Source of the DNA: Nitratidesulfovibrio vulgaris str. Hildenborough
GTDB taxonomy: Bacteria > Desulfobacterota > Desulfovibrionia > Desulfovibrionales > Desulfovibrionaceae
Length of the DNA stretch: 32,000 bases
Direction of reading: 5' to 3'
NCBI RefSeq assembly: GCF_000195755.1
Contig: NC_002937.3
Coordinates: 2,280,001 to 2,312,000, forward strand
A model generated the notes under the pieces. It was not told where the DNA came from. It was given only the letters and a program-made list of their open reading frames with translations, and ran no database searches. Below, piece after piece: positions 1-8,723 of this stretch (positions are counted from its first letter, which is position 1; each line of letters begins with the position of its first letter). Both the position numbers and the translations under genes were made by a program.

Positions 1-495
1 CATCAAGACACACTGCGCCGGCTCATCAACTCGTGGGCCGACATCGCCAGCATGACCCGCGCCCGGGCACGCGCGGAAGTCCGCAGGGCCATGAACGTCG
101 ACCGGCTCGACAGAATCCCCGCCGCAGACATGGACAGGGCCATCAGCTTCGTGCTCGGCAAGATGGAGCACGCCAGAACCGACGCGGCCCAGACCCCGCC
201 CGCCATCGCCACCCCCAACGCCGACATGCTGCTCGACTACGGGCACCAAGTGACCAAGGCCCTGCGAACGCTCCGCGAGAGCATCGACGCCGTGCGTGGC
301 GACCTGCCAGAGACCTACGGCAAACGCCTTGCGGCACAGGCCGGACAGTCGATGTTCAACAACGCCCGCATGGCTGCCTACGAATCCGCCACGCTCACCC
401 TGTCCATGATAGACAGCCTTGCATGGTCAGGAGAACAATGCTGGACGGTACTCATGGGGCTTGAGAAAGCCGCAAAGATCATGACACCGCAATAG
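1..495 (+). CDS. Phage-associated hypothetical protein, C-terminal part (gene probably starts left of the window)
   Basis: Frame 1 is open from base 1 to TAG at 493-495. Third-codon positions are G+C-rich. The first in-window ATG is at 52. A perfect 10-bp-stem hairpin follows. No family recognised. Confidence 0.6.
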   Translation, partial: HQDTLRRLINSWADIASMTRARARAEVRRAMNVDRLDRIPAADMDRAISFVLGKMEHARTDAAQTPPAIATPNADMLLDYGHQVTKALRTLRESIDAVRGDLPETYGKRLAAQAGQSMFNNARMAAYESATLTLSMIDSLAWSGEQCWTVLMGLEKAAKIMTPQ

Positions 496-501
496 AACGC
501 A

Positions 502-525
502 AAGAGGGGCCGCAAGGCCCCTCTT
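502..525 (+). terminator. Stem-loop terminator candidate
   Basis: aagaggggcc-gcaa-ggcccctctt is a perfect 10-bp stem 7 nt after the stop codon. No strong T-run follows. Confidence 0.55.
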
Positions 526-884
526 CAGTTGTGGGATGGGTAGGTGGTTCGGTAAGAGTCGGATGATGATCACGCACCCTCTGAACAATGATAGGCGGAT
601 ACCATCTTGTACTATTGAAGTTGCACATGATTTCTAATATGATGCGCATAATTCACAACAACTTCCAAGACAAGCCCTGTACACCCCACTCCGCGACGGT
701 ACCAAACTGCACTCAATCTACAACAAACGCTAATGCTGTTTCAACCTTATCTTTATCTACCATATTTCGTGGACCTTAAAAATGATGCACAACTACACAA
801 AAAAATAAACATGCGATTACGCACATCCTACAAACAACAAAAAATTAACAGACAACGGACATAACCACGAAGGAATCCATCAAA

Positions 885-1616
885 ATGAAAAAAAAGAGCA
901 AATACGACATAATAACAAGACTAAAAAGCTTCGTGACAGAACTAAATAAAAATCGACACTCTGATAAAATGAAAAAGTTTATAAGAATCTTAGCCTGCAC
1001 TACTGCAGTTTCATCAATAGCCTTATTCATACTTACTTCCAATAAAGACATAAAAATAGCACTCTTATCTTCTTTGATAGGTGCAGGCGGATCTATAGGA
1101 GCAAGCATCGCCATAATAACACAAGAATCAAAAAAAGAAAGAATAGAAACATCACGAACAACAATTATAACCATTGTATTTCTTCAGCATCTATTCAAAG
1201 ACATTGAGCAAGCAAAAAATTCAGTGTTAGGTTTTAAAGCATTGCTAAAAGAACCAGGCTTAAATTTTGAAATATTAAATGAATCAATGAAAAGGATAGA
1301 TTGTGCGTTTAAATACCACGACATGTCAACGCTAACAAATATAGATTACAAAGCAATAGCAATCTATACAAAACTCATTTCAACATCTTATAGCATAAAA
1401 GACGCATACTGTATTGCCAACCCTCTCGATATCAACGGCAAACCTGCACCGAACACACAGATAAACCTAGAACAGATAATTGCGCCACATCTTATAACAC
1501 AATGTCACAAGTGGGAAGAATCCCTTACAAAAATCAAACAGATGACGAAAGAGGCGCTCGACGACTTCACATCAAAAGCGACCAAGCTACACGACAAAAT
1601 CACGACAGAAGCTTAA
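885..1616 (+). CDS. AT-rich orphan gene encoding a 243-aa protein with two N-terminal transmembrane helices and a roughly 160-aa soluble domain
   Basis: ATG ORF with GAAGGAA upstream. Hydrophobic segments are FIRILACTTAVSSIALFILT and IALLSSLIGAGGSIGASIAIIT. The whole segment from about 575 to 1620 is far more AT-rich than its flanks. A hairpin follows at 1629-1648. No family recognised. Confidence 0.65.
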   Translation: MKKKSKYDIITRLKSFVTELNKNRHSDKMKKFIRILACTTAVSSIALFILTSNKDIKIALLSSLIGAGGSIGASIAIITQESKKERIETSRTTIITIVFLQHLFKDIEQAKNSVLGFKALLKEPGLNFEILNESMKRIDCAFKYHDMSTLTNIDYKAIAIYTKLISTSYSIKDAYCIANPLDINGKPAPNTQINLEQIIAPHLITQCHKWEESLTKIKQMTKEALDDFTSKATKLHDKITTEA

Positions 1617-1628
1617 CAAAACAACATC

Positions 1629-1648
1629 AAGGGGCCTTCCGGCCCCTT
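1629..1648. terminator. Bidirectional stem-loop between convergent genes
   Basis: aaggggcc-ttcc-ggcccctt is an 8-bp stem. It lies 13 nt after the stop of the 885-1616 gene and 3 nt after the stop of the minus-strand 1651-1869 gene. Confidence 0.55.
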
Positions 1649-1650
1649 TC

Positions 1651-1869
1651 TCATAGGCACACCTCACTAGCCACCCGACACCGCAGGTACTCCCGTAGCG
1701 TGTCCACCCGCACCCGCAGCCCGGCCCGCACGCCAACCCGGGTGGCTGGCAGCTCGCCCATGTTCACCAGATTATAGAAGGTGCTCTTGCTCACCCCTAG
1801 CACGGCGCAGCACTGCTCCCAGTTGAGCAGACGGCTACCGGGCAGCTTGTCGATGTCCAGCGCATCCAT
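1651..1869 (-). CDS. Small helix-turn-helix DNA-binding protein (AlpA / excisionase-type, MerR-like HTH)
   Basis: 72 aa. The segment LLNWEQCCAVLGVSKSTFYNLVNMGELPATRVG...VRVDTLREYL matches the excisionase/AlpA-type HTH pattern. Its ATG lies 3 nt after the TerL stop, suggesting coupling. Confidence 0.75.
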   Translation of the reverse strand: MDALDIDKLPGSRLLNWEQCCAVLGVSKSTFYNLVNMGELPATRVGVRAGLRVRVDTLREYLRCRVASEVCL

Positions 1870-1872
1870 AGG

Positions 1873-3852
1873 CTATCTCCTCACATGGCCCCACCAGCCG
1901 GGGCGCTTCGTGTTGTCGTTACCCTGCGAATAGGGGCGCGGTTGAGGCTCCTCTTCGGGCTTGGGGATGAAGCGAATCTGCAACATGTCCGCAAGGGCCA
2001 GCAGGTTGTAGCTCACGTCCCACGCGTGGTTCGGCCTGTTTTTGGGGCACTGCCACATGCCGTGGGTGTCGCGGTATTCGGCCACCATCTGCTTGGCCCA
2101 GTCTTCGGTCAGTTCACCGTTGTACAGCCACGCGCCGGGGTCTGTGGGCGCCACCTGCAACAGGCCGTGCAGCCGGTTCTTGAAGTGCGTTGAATGGACA
2201 TGCAGACGCTGCAACCCGCCGGGAATGGCGCGGCTCGACCCCGGATAGGTGTCCACCGTCCGAAAGGTGTGCGGCGTGGCCATGCGCTGCTCTCCCTTGG
2301 CGGGAATGAACAGCGGATGCAGCCGGCACCAGTCATAGACCTCACTGGTACGGTGGCCCATGGCGTCGATAACTCCGGCCTGAACCGGGTAGACCAGCCC
2401 CTGCGCATCTTCATAGACCGTGTTGAACAGCACCTCTTCAAGGTTCGAGAAGTCGTCGGGCGAGGCCGAAGGCACAAAGCCGTTGCGGATGCTCCATGAC
2501 GTGGCAGAAAGCCCCCACCCGAAGGCGCGAATCTCGTACCAGAAGCCGTTGTCCTGCGTATCCACGGCAGCCAGCAGGCACGCCACCTGCCCGCCACCGG
2601 GCACAAGACCGGCGGGCCTGTCGTCGCGCAGCCGCATGACGGCCCCTGCATCGCCCTCTTCCGTGCCGTCCACCCACGGTTCGGCGAGGTAGCCGTTCAT
2701 GAAGTCCTTCAGCGTTTGCAGGTCGCCAAGCTTGCGGTCGCGGTCGGCCTGAATGAACTTGGCCGCCGTCTCGGAGAGCGACACGTCGCGCGAGATGAGC
2801 GTGGAGTACTGGAACGCCACATGGCGCGGGCGGCGTTCGAGCATCCAGCTCATGGCCTCCATGCCCGTCTCCGGGTCGCGCCATTCGCCGCGCGCCACGG
2901 CCATGTCGCGGTCGTGGTCGTTCCACAGCGCACCGCAGCCCCGGCAGCGATAACGGGCCAGCATCTGGTCGTTGACCTTGGCATAGTCGCGCTCGCCCTC
3001 GGGCCACACCACGCCCACCTCGCCGTCGTCGTGCGTGAAGCGCATCTCCTGATAGACGCCGCACTTCGGGCAGCGCACGAAGTAGTGGAAGATGACCCGC
3101 GCCTCAGCCAGGCACAGCATGATCTCACCGCGCGGCGTGGATGGCGACGAGAGCAACATGCACTTGTGCGTATGCTTGAAGGTGCGCACGCGCTTCATGG
3201 CCAGCGACACCGGCCCGGCCTCGCGCTTGCCGTCGTGCTCGTACTTGTCCACCTCATCGAGCAGGAGGTGCTTCACCGGCTTGTTGGCAAGGCGCGACAC
3301 GCTGCCCGCCCAGCCGAAGTGGATGGTCATGTGCCTCAGGTTGATGCTCTTGGCCGTCTCGTCGTCGGCAAGGCCGGTGATGTACTGCTCAAGCGGTGGC
3401 GACGCCTTGAGCAGCGGGATGACTCTATCCTTGGCCATTTCGCGGGCGGTATCCTGCTGGTCGAGCACCATCAGCACCGGCCCGGGGTCGCGGTCGATGG
3501 CCCACGCCAGACAGCCTAGCTCAAGGGCCGTCTTGCCCGTCTGTGGTGGCCCGCAGATGCCGATGACGCGGATGAACGGCAGCGAGTAGGCGTCCATGAT
3601 GGTGCAGGTGTACGGGAACACTTCACGACGCCAGCGCCCGGGGCGCTGCCCGCCGATGATGCGGAAGTGACGCTCGCACCACTCCGTGACGCTGATGCGC
3701 TTCGGACGCCGGAAGGCACGACGCACAGCGGCTGGCCAGCGGAAGACGAAACGCTGCGGACAGTCGTCGTCATCATGCGGACGCCGGATTCTCACCACAG
3801 GAAGGGGTTCGCGCGTGGGCGGCACCAGTTGCAGTTGCTGCTCATGCGTCAT
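1873..3852 (-). CDS. terL: Phage terminase large subunit, lambda GpA-type
   Basis: Walker A is GICGPPQTGKTALE and Walker B is HLLLDEVDKYE. A Cys4 zinc-ribbon is present (CPKCG...CRGCG). Overall length and order resemble GpA-family terminases. Start set at ATG 3852 (MTHEQQ), which overlaps the upstream stop by 11 nt. The ORF-track start at 3933 would run through the neighbour's repeat tail. Confidence 0.9.
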   Translation of the reverse strand: MTHEQQLQLVPPTREPLPVVRIRRPHDDDDCPQRFVFRWPAAVRRAFRRPKRISVTEWCERHFRIIGGQRPGRWRREVFPYTCTIMDAYSLPFIRVIGICGPPQTGKTALELGCLAWAIDRDPGPVLMVLDQQDTAREMAKDRVIPLLKASPPLEQYITGLADDETAKSINLRHMTIHFGWAGSVSRLANKPVKHLLLDEVDKYEHDGKREAGPVSLAMKRVRTFKHTHKCMLLSSPSTPRGEIMLCLAEARVIFHYFVRCPKCGVYQEMRFTHDDGEVGVVWPEGERDYAKVNDQMLARYRCRGCGALWNDHDRDMAVARGEWRDPETGMEAMSWMLERRPRHVAFQYSTLISRDVSLSETAAKFIQADRDRKLGDLQTLKDFMNGYLAEPWVDGTEEGDAGAVMRLRDDRPAGLVPGGGQVACLLAAVDTQDNGFWYEIRAFGWGLSATSWSIRNGFVPSASPDDFSNLEEVLFNTVYEDAQGLVYPVQAGVIDAMGHRTSEVYDWCRLHPLFIPAKGEQRMATPHTFRTVDTYPGSSRAIPGGLQRLHVHSTHFKNRLHGLLQVAPTDPGAWLYNGELTEDWAKQMVAEYRDTHGMWQCPKNRPNHAWDVSYNLLALADMLQIRFIPKPEEEPQPRPYSQGNDNTKRPGWWGHVRR

Positions 3853-4888
3853 GGCCACCGTCCCCGGGGAGCACTTCAAGGGCCCCTGTTGCGCTTGCTG
3901 CGCTGGCTGCGTCTGTTGCCAAGGTCGCTCCACCCATTGCCGAGGCTGGTGCGGCGGCTGTTCCCGCTGCGCCCGTTGCCGAGGTTGGCCCGGCGGCTGT
4001 TGCCGCTACGCCATTTGCCGAGGCTGGTGCGGCAGTCGTTTCTGCTCCACCCGTTGCCGAGGCTGGCGCGACGGCCCCCGTCGCACGTTCGGAGATGCCC
4101 CCTGCCGATAATCCCGGTGAATCTCCCACACTGCGTTCCAGCACCGTCGTGTGCGCCATCGAGGGCACCGCAGAGCCGCTCAAGAAGCCGGGAGCTACTG
4201 CGCCCGTCGCACCGCCAGCACCGTCCGCCGCGCCCGCGTCCGCCTCCTCATCGATGACCTCGACCTCATAGGCGCGATCCAAGGCGAAGCCATTCAGGAA
4301 CACGCGGCTACGCTCGCGAAGCATGTCTATGAGCAAGGCCTCGTGCTTCGGGTTGCCATCGACAAGGCTGATGATCTCAAGGGCCTCGGAGTGGATCCAG
4401 TTGAGCAGTTCAGATTCGAGCACGGCTACGCCAGCGGACATCATCCTCTCCATTTCGCCGCGCGAGACCAGCTCGCCGCGCTTCTTGCGGAGCTCAAGTT
4501 CTTCAAGGTCGCCGCGTATGCGTTCACGCCGCAGCCGCTGCTCTAGAAGCGTCAGACCTACATCCTTCGCCGTTGCTCCCCCCTCCCCCCCCTGTGGGAC
4601 CGCCCCGGCAGACACCCGAGGAGGCCAGCCCGCAGCGGTGGCAATCTTCACAATATCGTCAGCATGATAGAGACCGTCGCGCCGGGGGCGGCAATCCCGC
4701 CGGGTGCCAACATAGTTGTAGAACGTGCGGCGAGAGATGGCCCACTTGTGCTGGGCGAAGTCGGTCCATGCAGCCCCGGTTGTCGCCCACGTCTGCCCGC
4801 CCTTCGAGGTGGCAGATCCAGCCCGCCGCGCCGTCGCGCCTGTCGTCTCCATCATGGTGTTACGCCGCTCCATCCCGGTGGCACGCAC
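3842..4888 (-). CDS. terS: Terminase small subunit-like DNA-packaging protein (Nu1-like N-terminal HTH plus coiled region) with an Ala/Thr/Gly/Pro-rich repeat tail
   Basis: It lies immediately upstream of TerL and overlaps it. The N-terminal HTH is KWAISRRTFYNYVG. A charged helix (LEQRLRRERIRGDLEELELRKKRGELV) is typical of Nu1-type small terminases. The start codon is uncertain because there are several Met in the first 13 codons. Confidence 0.6.
   Translation of the reverse strand: MRATGMERRNTMMETTGATARRAGSATSKGGQTWATTGAAWTDFAQHKWAISRRTFYNYVGTRRDCRPRRDGLYHADDIVKIATAAGWPPRVSAGAVPQGGEGGATAKDVGLTLLEQRLRRERIRGDLEELELRKKRGELVSRGEMERMMSAGVAVLESELLNWIHSEALEIISLVDGNPKHEALLIDMLRERSRVFLNGFALDRAYEVEVIDEEADAGAADGAGGATGAVAPGFLSGSAVPSMAHTTVLERSVGDSPGLSAGGISERATGAVAPASATGGAETTAAPASANGVAATAAGPTSATGAAGTAAAPASAMGGATLATDAASAASATGALEVLPGDGGHDA
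3933..4088. repeat. Four tandem imperfect 39-bp repeats, in frame with the terS-like tail (13-aa units)
   Basis: Units at 3933-3971, 3972-4010, 4011-4049 and 4050-4088 share cccRttgccgaggctgg... Units 1 and 2 match at 33 of 39 positions on direct comparison. Confidence 0.85.
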
Positions 4889-5283
4889 CGTGCTGATTGG
4901 CTAAGTGTGCAATGTGCAACGGTTTTGAAATTCGAGTGCGCTCGCCGCCCACGTGTTCCACGACCCCTGCGGGGGGACTGGGGGGGAAGGACCCGAACGA
5001 CGCCCCGGCCCCCTTGTGCCCCAAGGGTTTTGCGACTTCGCATGACAATTCGCCGCGATACGCGAGGCCGAACGCCGAAGGGCCACGGCAGCCGAAGCGC
5101 CAGCTGTGCACCACGCCCGGCTGCACGGATGTGGTCAGCCGTCTTGCACATGTGGCCCAAGGCCGCGCCGCCATGCCAGGAGAGCATGGAGTCTGCCCGG
5201 TGGCCAACGAAGCACCAGCCGGGCTGAACAGGGACACCCCGCATGGCGACAGCACTCCGCCTTTGTGTCGGCAGCCCATCGGC

Positions 5284-5814
5284 CTACGCATGGGCGCACC
5301 TCCTCAGCCCGCCTTCCGCGTCATGATCCATCACGGGGATTTCCGAGCGATGGCGTTCGAAGTAGACGTCGCCGGCTTCCGACCAGAAGAGGTCATGGAA
5401 CTCCATGACACGGTTCCAGTTGTCCCGCGCCCATCCCTGGGAGAAGCCGAAGCCGCATCCGCCGCTCCAGAGGCGATAGACATGGAGCGGATACCGCCGC
5501 AGCATGTCGGCCATCCTTTCCGCTCCAGCCTCCGGCGCATCGCACCGGGGAGCGATGCCGAGCTTCGCGCTGTACCCCGAGGGGGTGTACTCCACCACGG
5601 CCTTCCCCCTCGCTTCTACAGGTGCGACCGATGCGCTGGCCCCGGCCGCCGTGGATGGAGCAGACGCTTGCGTCATGCCCCCGCCCTGCGGACGTGGCGT
5701 TGCGACCTCCGCCACGGTGCCGCCCGGGGACACAGCGGATACGCCGCGTTCCTTCGGCCCGTCTGGCTGGCCGTACTTAGCGAATAGCCTTTCGATCTGT
5801 GCCCGATCTTGCAT
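5284..5814 (-). CDS. Hypothetical phage protein
   Basis: 176 aa counted from ATG 5814 (MQDRAQIERLF), which is preceded by GGAGTGGAG. Third-codon positions are G+C-rich. The ORF-track start at 5856 would overlap the iteron cluster. No family recognised. Confidence 0.55.
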   Translation of the reverse strand: MQDRAQIERLFAKYGQPDGPKERGVSAVSPGGTVAEVATPRPQGGGMTQASAPSTAAGASASVAPVEARGKAVVEYTPSGYSAKLGIAPRCDAPEAGAERMADMLRRYPLHVYRLWSGGCGFGFSQGWARDNWNRVMEFHDLFWSEAGDVYFERHRSEIPVMDHDAEGGLRRCAHA

Positions 5815-5826
5815 GGTCTCCACTCC

Positions 5827-6132
5827 GGTCCGTGGTGGTCCGTATTTGGTCCGCATTCAACCTGTTGTTTTTCTTATCTGGTCCGTAGGTCCGCTGGTCT
5901 GGAGGGTAAAAAACTAGACAATACGCACGCGCGCACCCGTACACGCATGCGTGCGCCCGTGCGCGCATTATGTTCCGCGGACCACGGACCAAGCCGCATT
6001 TTACACCGCATCCCATCGGTATCTATCCGTTTTCGTGGTCCGTGAATCTACGGACCAGCACGGACCACCTCTGCGTCGACCGGCTGCAATCGCTTGGATT
6101 GTCAGGGTGTCGCTTCTTTGAGGCTGGTCCGT
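5827..6132. repeat. Iteron cluster: candidate replication origin of the element
   Basis: Eleven exact GGTCCG cores. Forward copies are at 5827, 5837, 5848, 5880, 5888, 6037 and 6126; reverse copies are at 5977, 5984, 6050 and 6060. A perfect palindrome TGGTCCGT-N6-ACGGACCA lies at 6036-6057. An alternating Pu-Py palindromic block spans 5922-5968 and an A-rich patch spans 5904-5924. The cluster lies directly downstream of the primase-helicase gene. Confidence 0.6.
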
Positions 6133-6230
6133 GTTTCGCTCACCCGCACCCTGTGCTCGGGCCGGAACGGTGGCGCCGCAGCACAGGAGGGGTACGGGGA
6201 GAGCGCACAAAAGAAGAAGAGCCATGCGGC

Positions 6231-8723
6231 CTACTCGATCACGACAGGGTTGAGGGTGATGTTCTCGACGAGATACGGACGCGCCCCATTGGCCGCCCGG
6301 GGGCGCGTGACACGCACGGCGGCGTCTTCACGCACCTTGCGTGCCGCCGTCTCAAGCTCGCGCATGAAGTTCTCACGGTTGAGCTGCTTGAAGCCGTTCT
6401 CGCTGGCGTACCGCTTGAAGTCCGCATAGAGGTCCTTGATGTCGGTGCGGGTGTTGTCGGTGATGGTGCAGCGGTCTTGCACGAAACCGAGCACGGGGTT
6501 GTTGAACCTGCGGTAGTCCATGAGGATGTCGCGGGTCTCGTCGCACATGGTGAACCGGCCTTGCGCCAGCAACCGGTGCAGCCCCACGAGTGCCCACTCG
6601 AAGATGCCGTCGAGTTCGGCCATGAGCTTGCCTTCAAGGTCGGGGTCCATGGCCGGGTCGTTCTCGAGGAACTGCCGTTTGAACTGGATGGGCAGGATGC
6701 GCCGGAAGTAGCCGTCGCTGTTGTCCATGACGCGGGGCAGCTTGTTGGCGGCGTAGACGAGCTTGACGCACGGGGTGAACTCGAACGAGTCCTTGTGCTT
6801 GAACGACGCCTGTATGGGGTCACCCGTGACGATGGCCTTGAAATACTCGCTCTCAAGGGCCGCCGTGGTGACTTCCGTACCCACGTTCAGCAGCTTGCCG
6901 AAGAGCGCACTGCGCTGGAACTGGTCTTCGAGGCCCGTCATGCTCACAGCCGAGCAGTTGGCCTCGCCCACCATGGCCCGCAGCACCTTGATGACCTTCG
7001 ACTTGCCGTCCGACCCCGGCCCCAGAAGCAACAGGCACTTGTCGAACTTCGTCTGCCGGGTGAGGCAGTAGCCCATGAACTCCTGCAACTGGGCGATGGG
7101 GCCTTCCGTCTGGATGGTCTCTGCAAGGAACGTCAGCCAGCGTTCCGGCTTGGGCGTCGTCTCGCTGTCGTACCTGACAGGCAGCATGATGGTGGCGAGG
7201 TAGTCCCGGTCGTGCGGGGCTAGCTCAAGCGTGGTCACGTTGAGCATCCCGTTCTCGATGCAGAGCCAGTCGTCACGGTCGTTCAGCGACCTGCCGTGCG
7301 GGATGGCCGACATGGTCATGGCCAGCGACGAACACGACGCAACCCGGGCTGCCGTCGCCTCCTCTCCGAGCGCGTTGATGGCGCGCCGCTTGAGCTGCTC
7401 GTCGCTGTAGATCTCGAAGTGCTTTCCGTTCCAGACGAAAAGCTGCCCGCTCTTGTCGTGGTACATCATGGGATTCTCCTGACAGAGGTAGTCCGCGAGA
7501 ATGCGCTCGCGGAAGGTGAATCGCCCGTTGGCGCTCATGCCGAAGAAGCGCATGTAGGGCGCGTTGGGGTCGGCACCTGCAGGGGGTGCATCGTCTCCGG
7601 CATCCGGAGATGCGCCGGCCTTTCCCGCAGGGACATACGGCTGCGCATCGTCGAGCAGCAGCATGAAGTCCGACAGGGTCTTGCGATGCCGGACGAAGAA
7701 GTCCGTCAGGTCCTGCCCGTGGTCTTCGGGCCATGAGCCGTCCTCGCGCAGCCCCATGAACGCGGGCCAGCGGATGATGCGCACGGCGCAGCCCTTGCGG
7801 ACGAGGTTCTTCGCCGCGGCCTCGGCATACTTCTGCCCTGCCTGGTCGGCGTCATAGGCGATGACCACATCGCGCCCGGCAAGGGCTTCGGCATGGTCTT
7901 CGGGCCATTCGTTGGGCTTGCCCGTCTGGGTGATGGCGTTGCGGACGCCATGCGAGAAGGCGCACAGGCAGTCGCCCTCGCCTTCGCACAGCAGCACCCC
8001 GCCCGGGCGGAGCATCGAGGCCGGAGGAAAGAGCATGGAAGCCCCATGCCCACGGCCCCAGCTGTAGATCTTGGGCTGGTCGCCCGGTGGCTTGCCAAGG
8101 GCGTGGTAGCACCGCAGGTTTCGCAACACCCCTTGTGCATCGCGCACGGGGATGACCACCCTGTCGATGGTCTTGAGCGGAAAGACGGCGTACAGGTCGG
8201 ACTTCTTGCGGAAATGGCTGAGAAGCCGCACCCCGTAGGTGGTCATGACCTCTGGCGTCCACCCGCGCTGCGTGTAGAGACGGGCCGCCCAGTCTGGCGT
8301 GACGGGGGTCATGGCCTCGTAGACGGCCTCTGGTATCTCAAGGTTCTGGCGCGGGCTGCGCTTGGCTGCCCCCTTCTGCGAGGCGGCTTCGTGCTTGCGG
8401 GTCTCGCCCGGAGTGCGCCGCGCAGGTTGCCCCACTCCGGCGTCGGCGGCGAACTCGCGCCGGAAGGCCTTGAACCCCTCGCCACTTCGCAAGGGCAAGC
8501 CGCGGACATGGCAATAGAGGTCGACGAGGTCGCCGTCTTCCACGCACTGGCGGAAGCAGTGGAACACGTCTTCATCGACGTTGTACGAGAACGACTGGTT
8601 CTGGTCGTCATGCAGCGGGCATAGACCGTTGAGCCAGTTGTCCTCTTCGTCGGTCACCGTGAACAGCTTGCGGGCGATGGCATCGCGCTGGTCACGGCTT
8701 AGGTTGCGCCCTGCCCAGCCCAT
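6231..8723 (-). CDS. Bifunctional DNA primase / replicative helicase, phage-plasmid P4 type (zinc finger + Toprim + D5/P4 C-terminal NTPase)
   Basis: 830 aa. The CHC2-type finger is CPLHDDQNQSFSYNVDEDVFHCFRQC. Toprim acidic motifs are LLCEGEGD and VIAYDADQAGQ. Walker A is LLLLGPGSDGKSK. Confidence 0.9.
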   Translation of the reverse strand: MGWAGRNLSRDQRDAIARKLFTVTDEEDNWLNGLCPLHDDQNQSFSYNVDEDVFHCFRQCVEDGDLVDLYCHVRGLPLRSGEGFKAFRREFAADAGVGQPARRTPGETRKHEAASQKGAAKRSPRQNLEIPEAVYEAMTPVTPDWAARLYTQRGWTPEVMTTYGVRLLSHFRKKSDLYAVFPLKTIDRVVIPVRDAQGVLRNLRCYHALGKPPGDQPKIYSWGRGHGASMLFPPASMLRPGGVLLCEGEGDCLCAFSHGVRNAITQTGKPNEWPEDHAEALAGRDVVIAYDADQAGQKYAEAAAKNLVRKGCAVRIIRWPAFMGLREDGSWPEDHGQDLTDFFVRHRKTLSDFMLLLDDAQPYVPAGKAGASPDAGDDAPPAGADPNAPYMRFFGMSANGRFTFRERILADYLCQENPMMYHDKSGQLFVWNGKHFEIYSDEQLKRRAINALGEEATAARVASCSSLAMTMSAIPHGRSLNDRDDWLCIENGMLNVTTLELAPHDRDYLATIMLPVRYDSETTPKPERWLTFLAETIQTEGPIAQLQEFMGYCLTRQTKFDKCLLLLGPGSDGKSKVIKVLRAMVGEANCSAVSMTGLEDQFQRSALFGKLLNVGTEVTTAALESEYFKAIVTGDPIQASFKHKDSFEFTPCVKLVYAANKLPRVMDNSDGYFRRILPIQFKRQFLENDPAMDPDLEGKLMAELDGIFEWALVGLHRLLAQGRFTMCDETRDILMDYRRFNNPVLGFVQDRCTITDNTRTDIKDLYADFKRYASENGFKQLNRENFMRELETAARKVREDAAVRVTRPRAANGARPYLVENITLNPVVIE

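Noticed and set aside
588-779. 63-aa ORF in the AT-rich leader upstream of the 2-TM gene, considered as a possible partner or antitoxin gene.
   Set aside because: It has no ribosome-binding site and a low-complexity Thr/Asn/Ser-rich sequence. In AT-rich DNA, open frames of this length need more support. I leave it as untested rather than call it.
3853-3933. N-terminal extension of TerL to the ORF-track start at 3933.
   Set aside because: It would overlap the TerS-like repeat tail by about 90 nt and adds a Gln/Pro-rich segment unlike GpA N-termini. ATG 3852 gives a typical short overlap with the upstream stop.
3933-4088. Regularly spaced 39-bp repeats considered as a CRISPR-like array.
   Set aside because: The units are contiguous with no spacers, are imperfect, and are in frame within a coding region. 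There are no cas genes. This is a coding tandem repeat.
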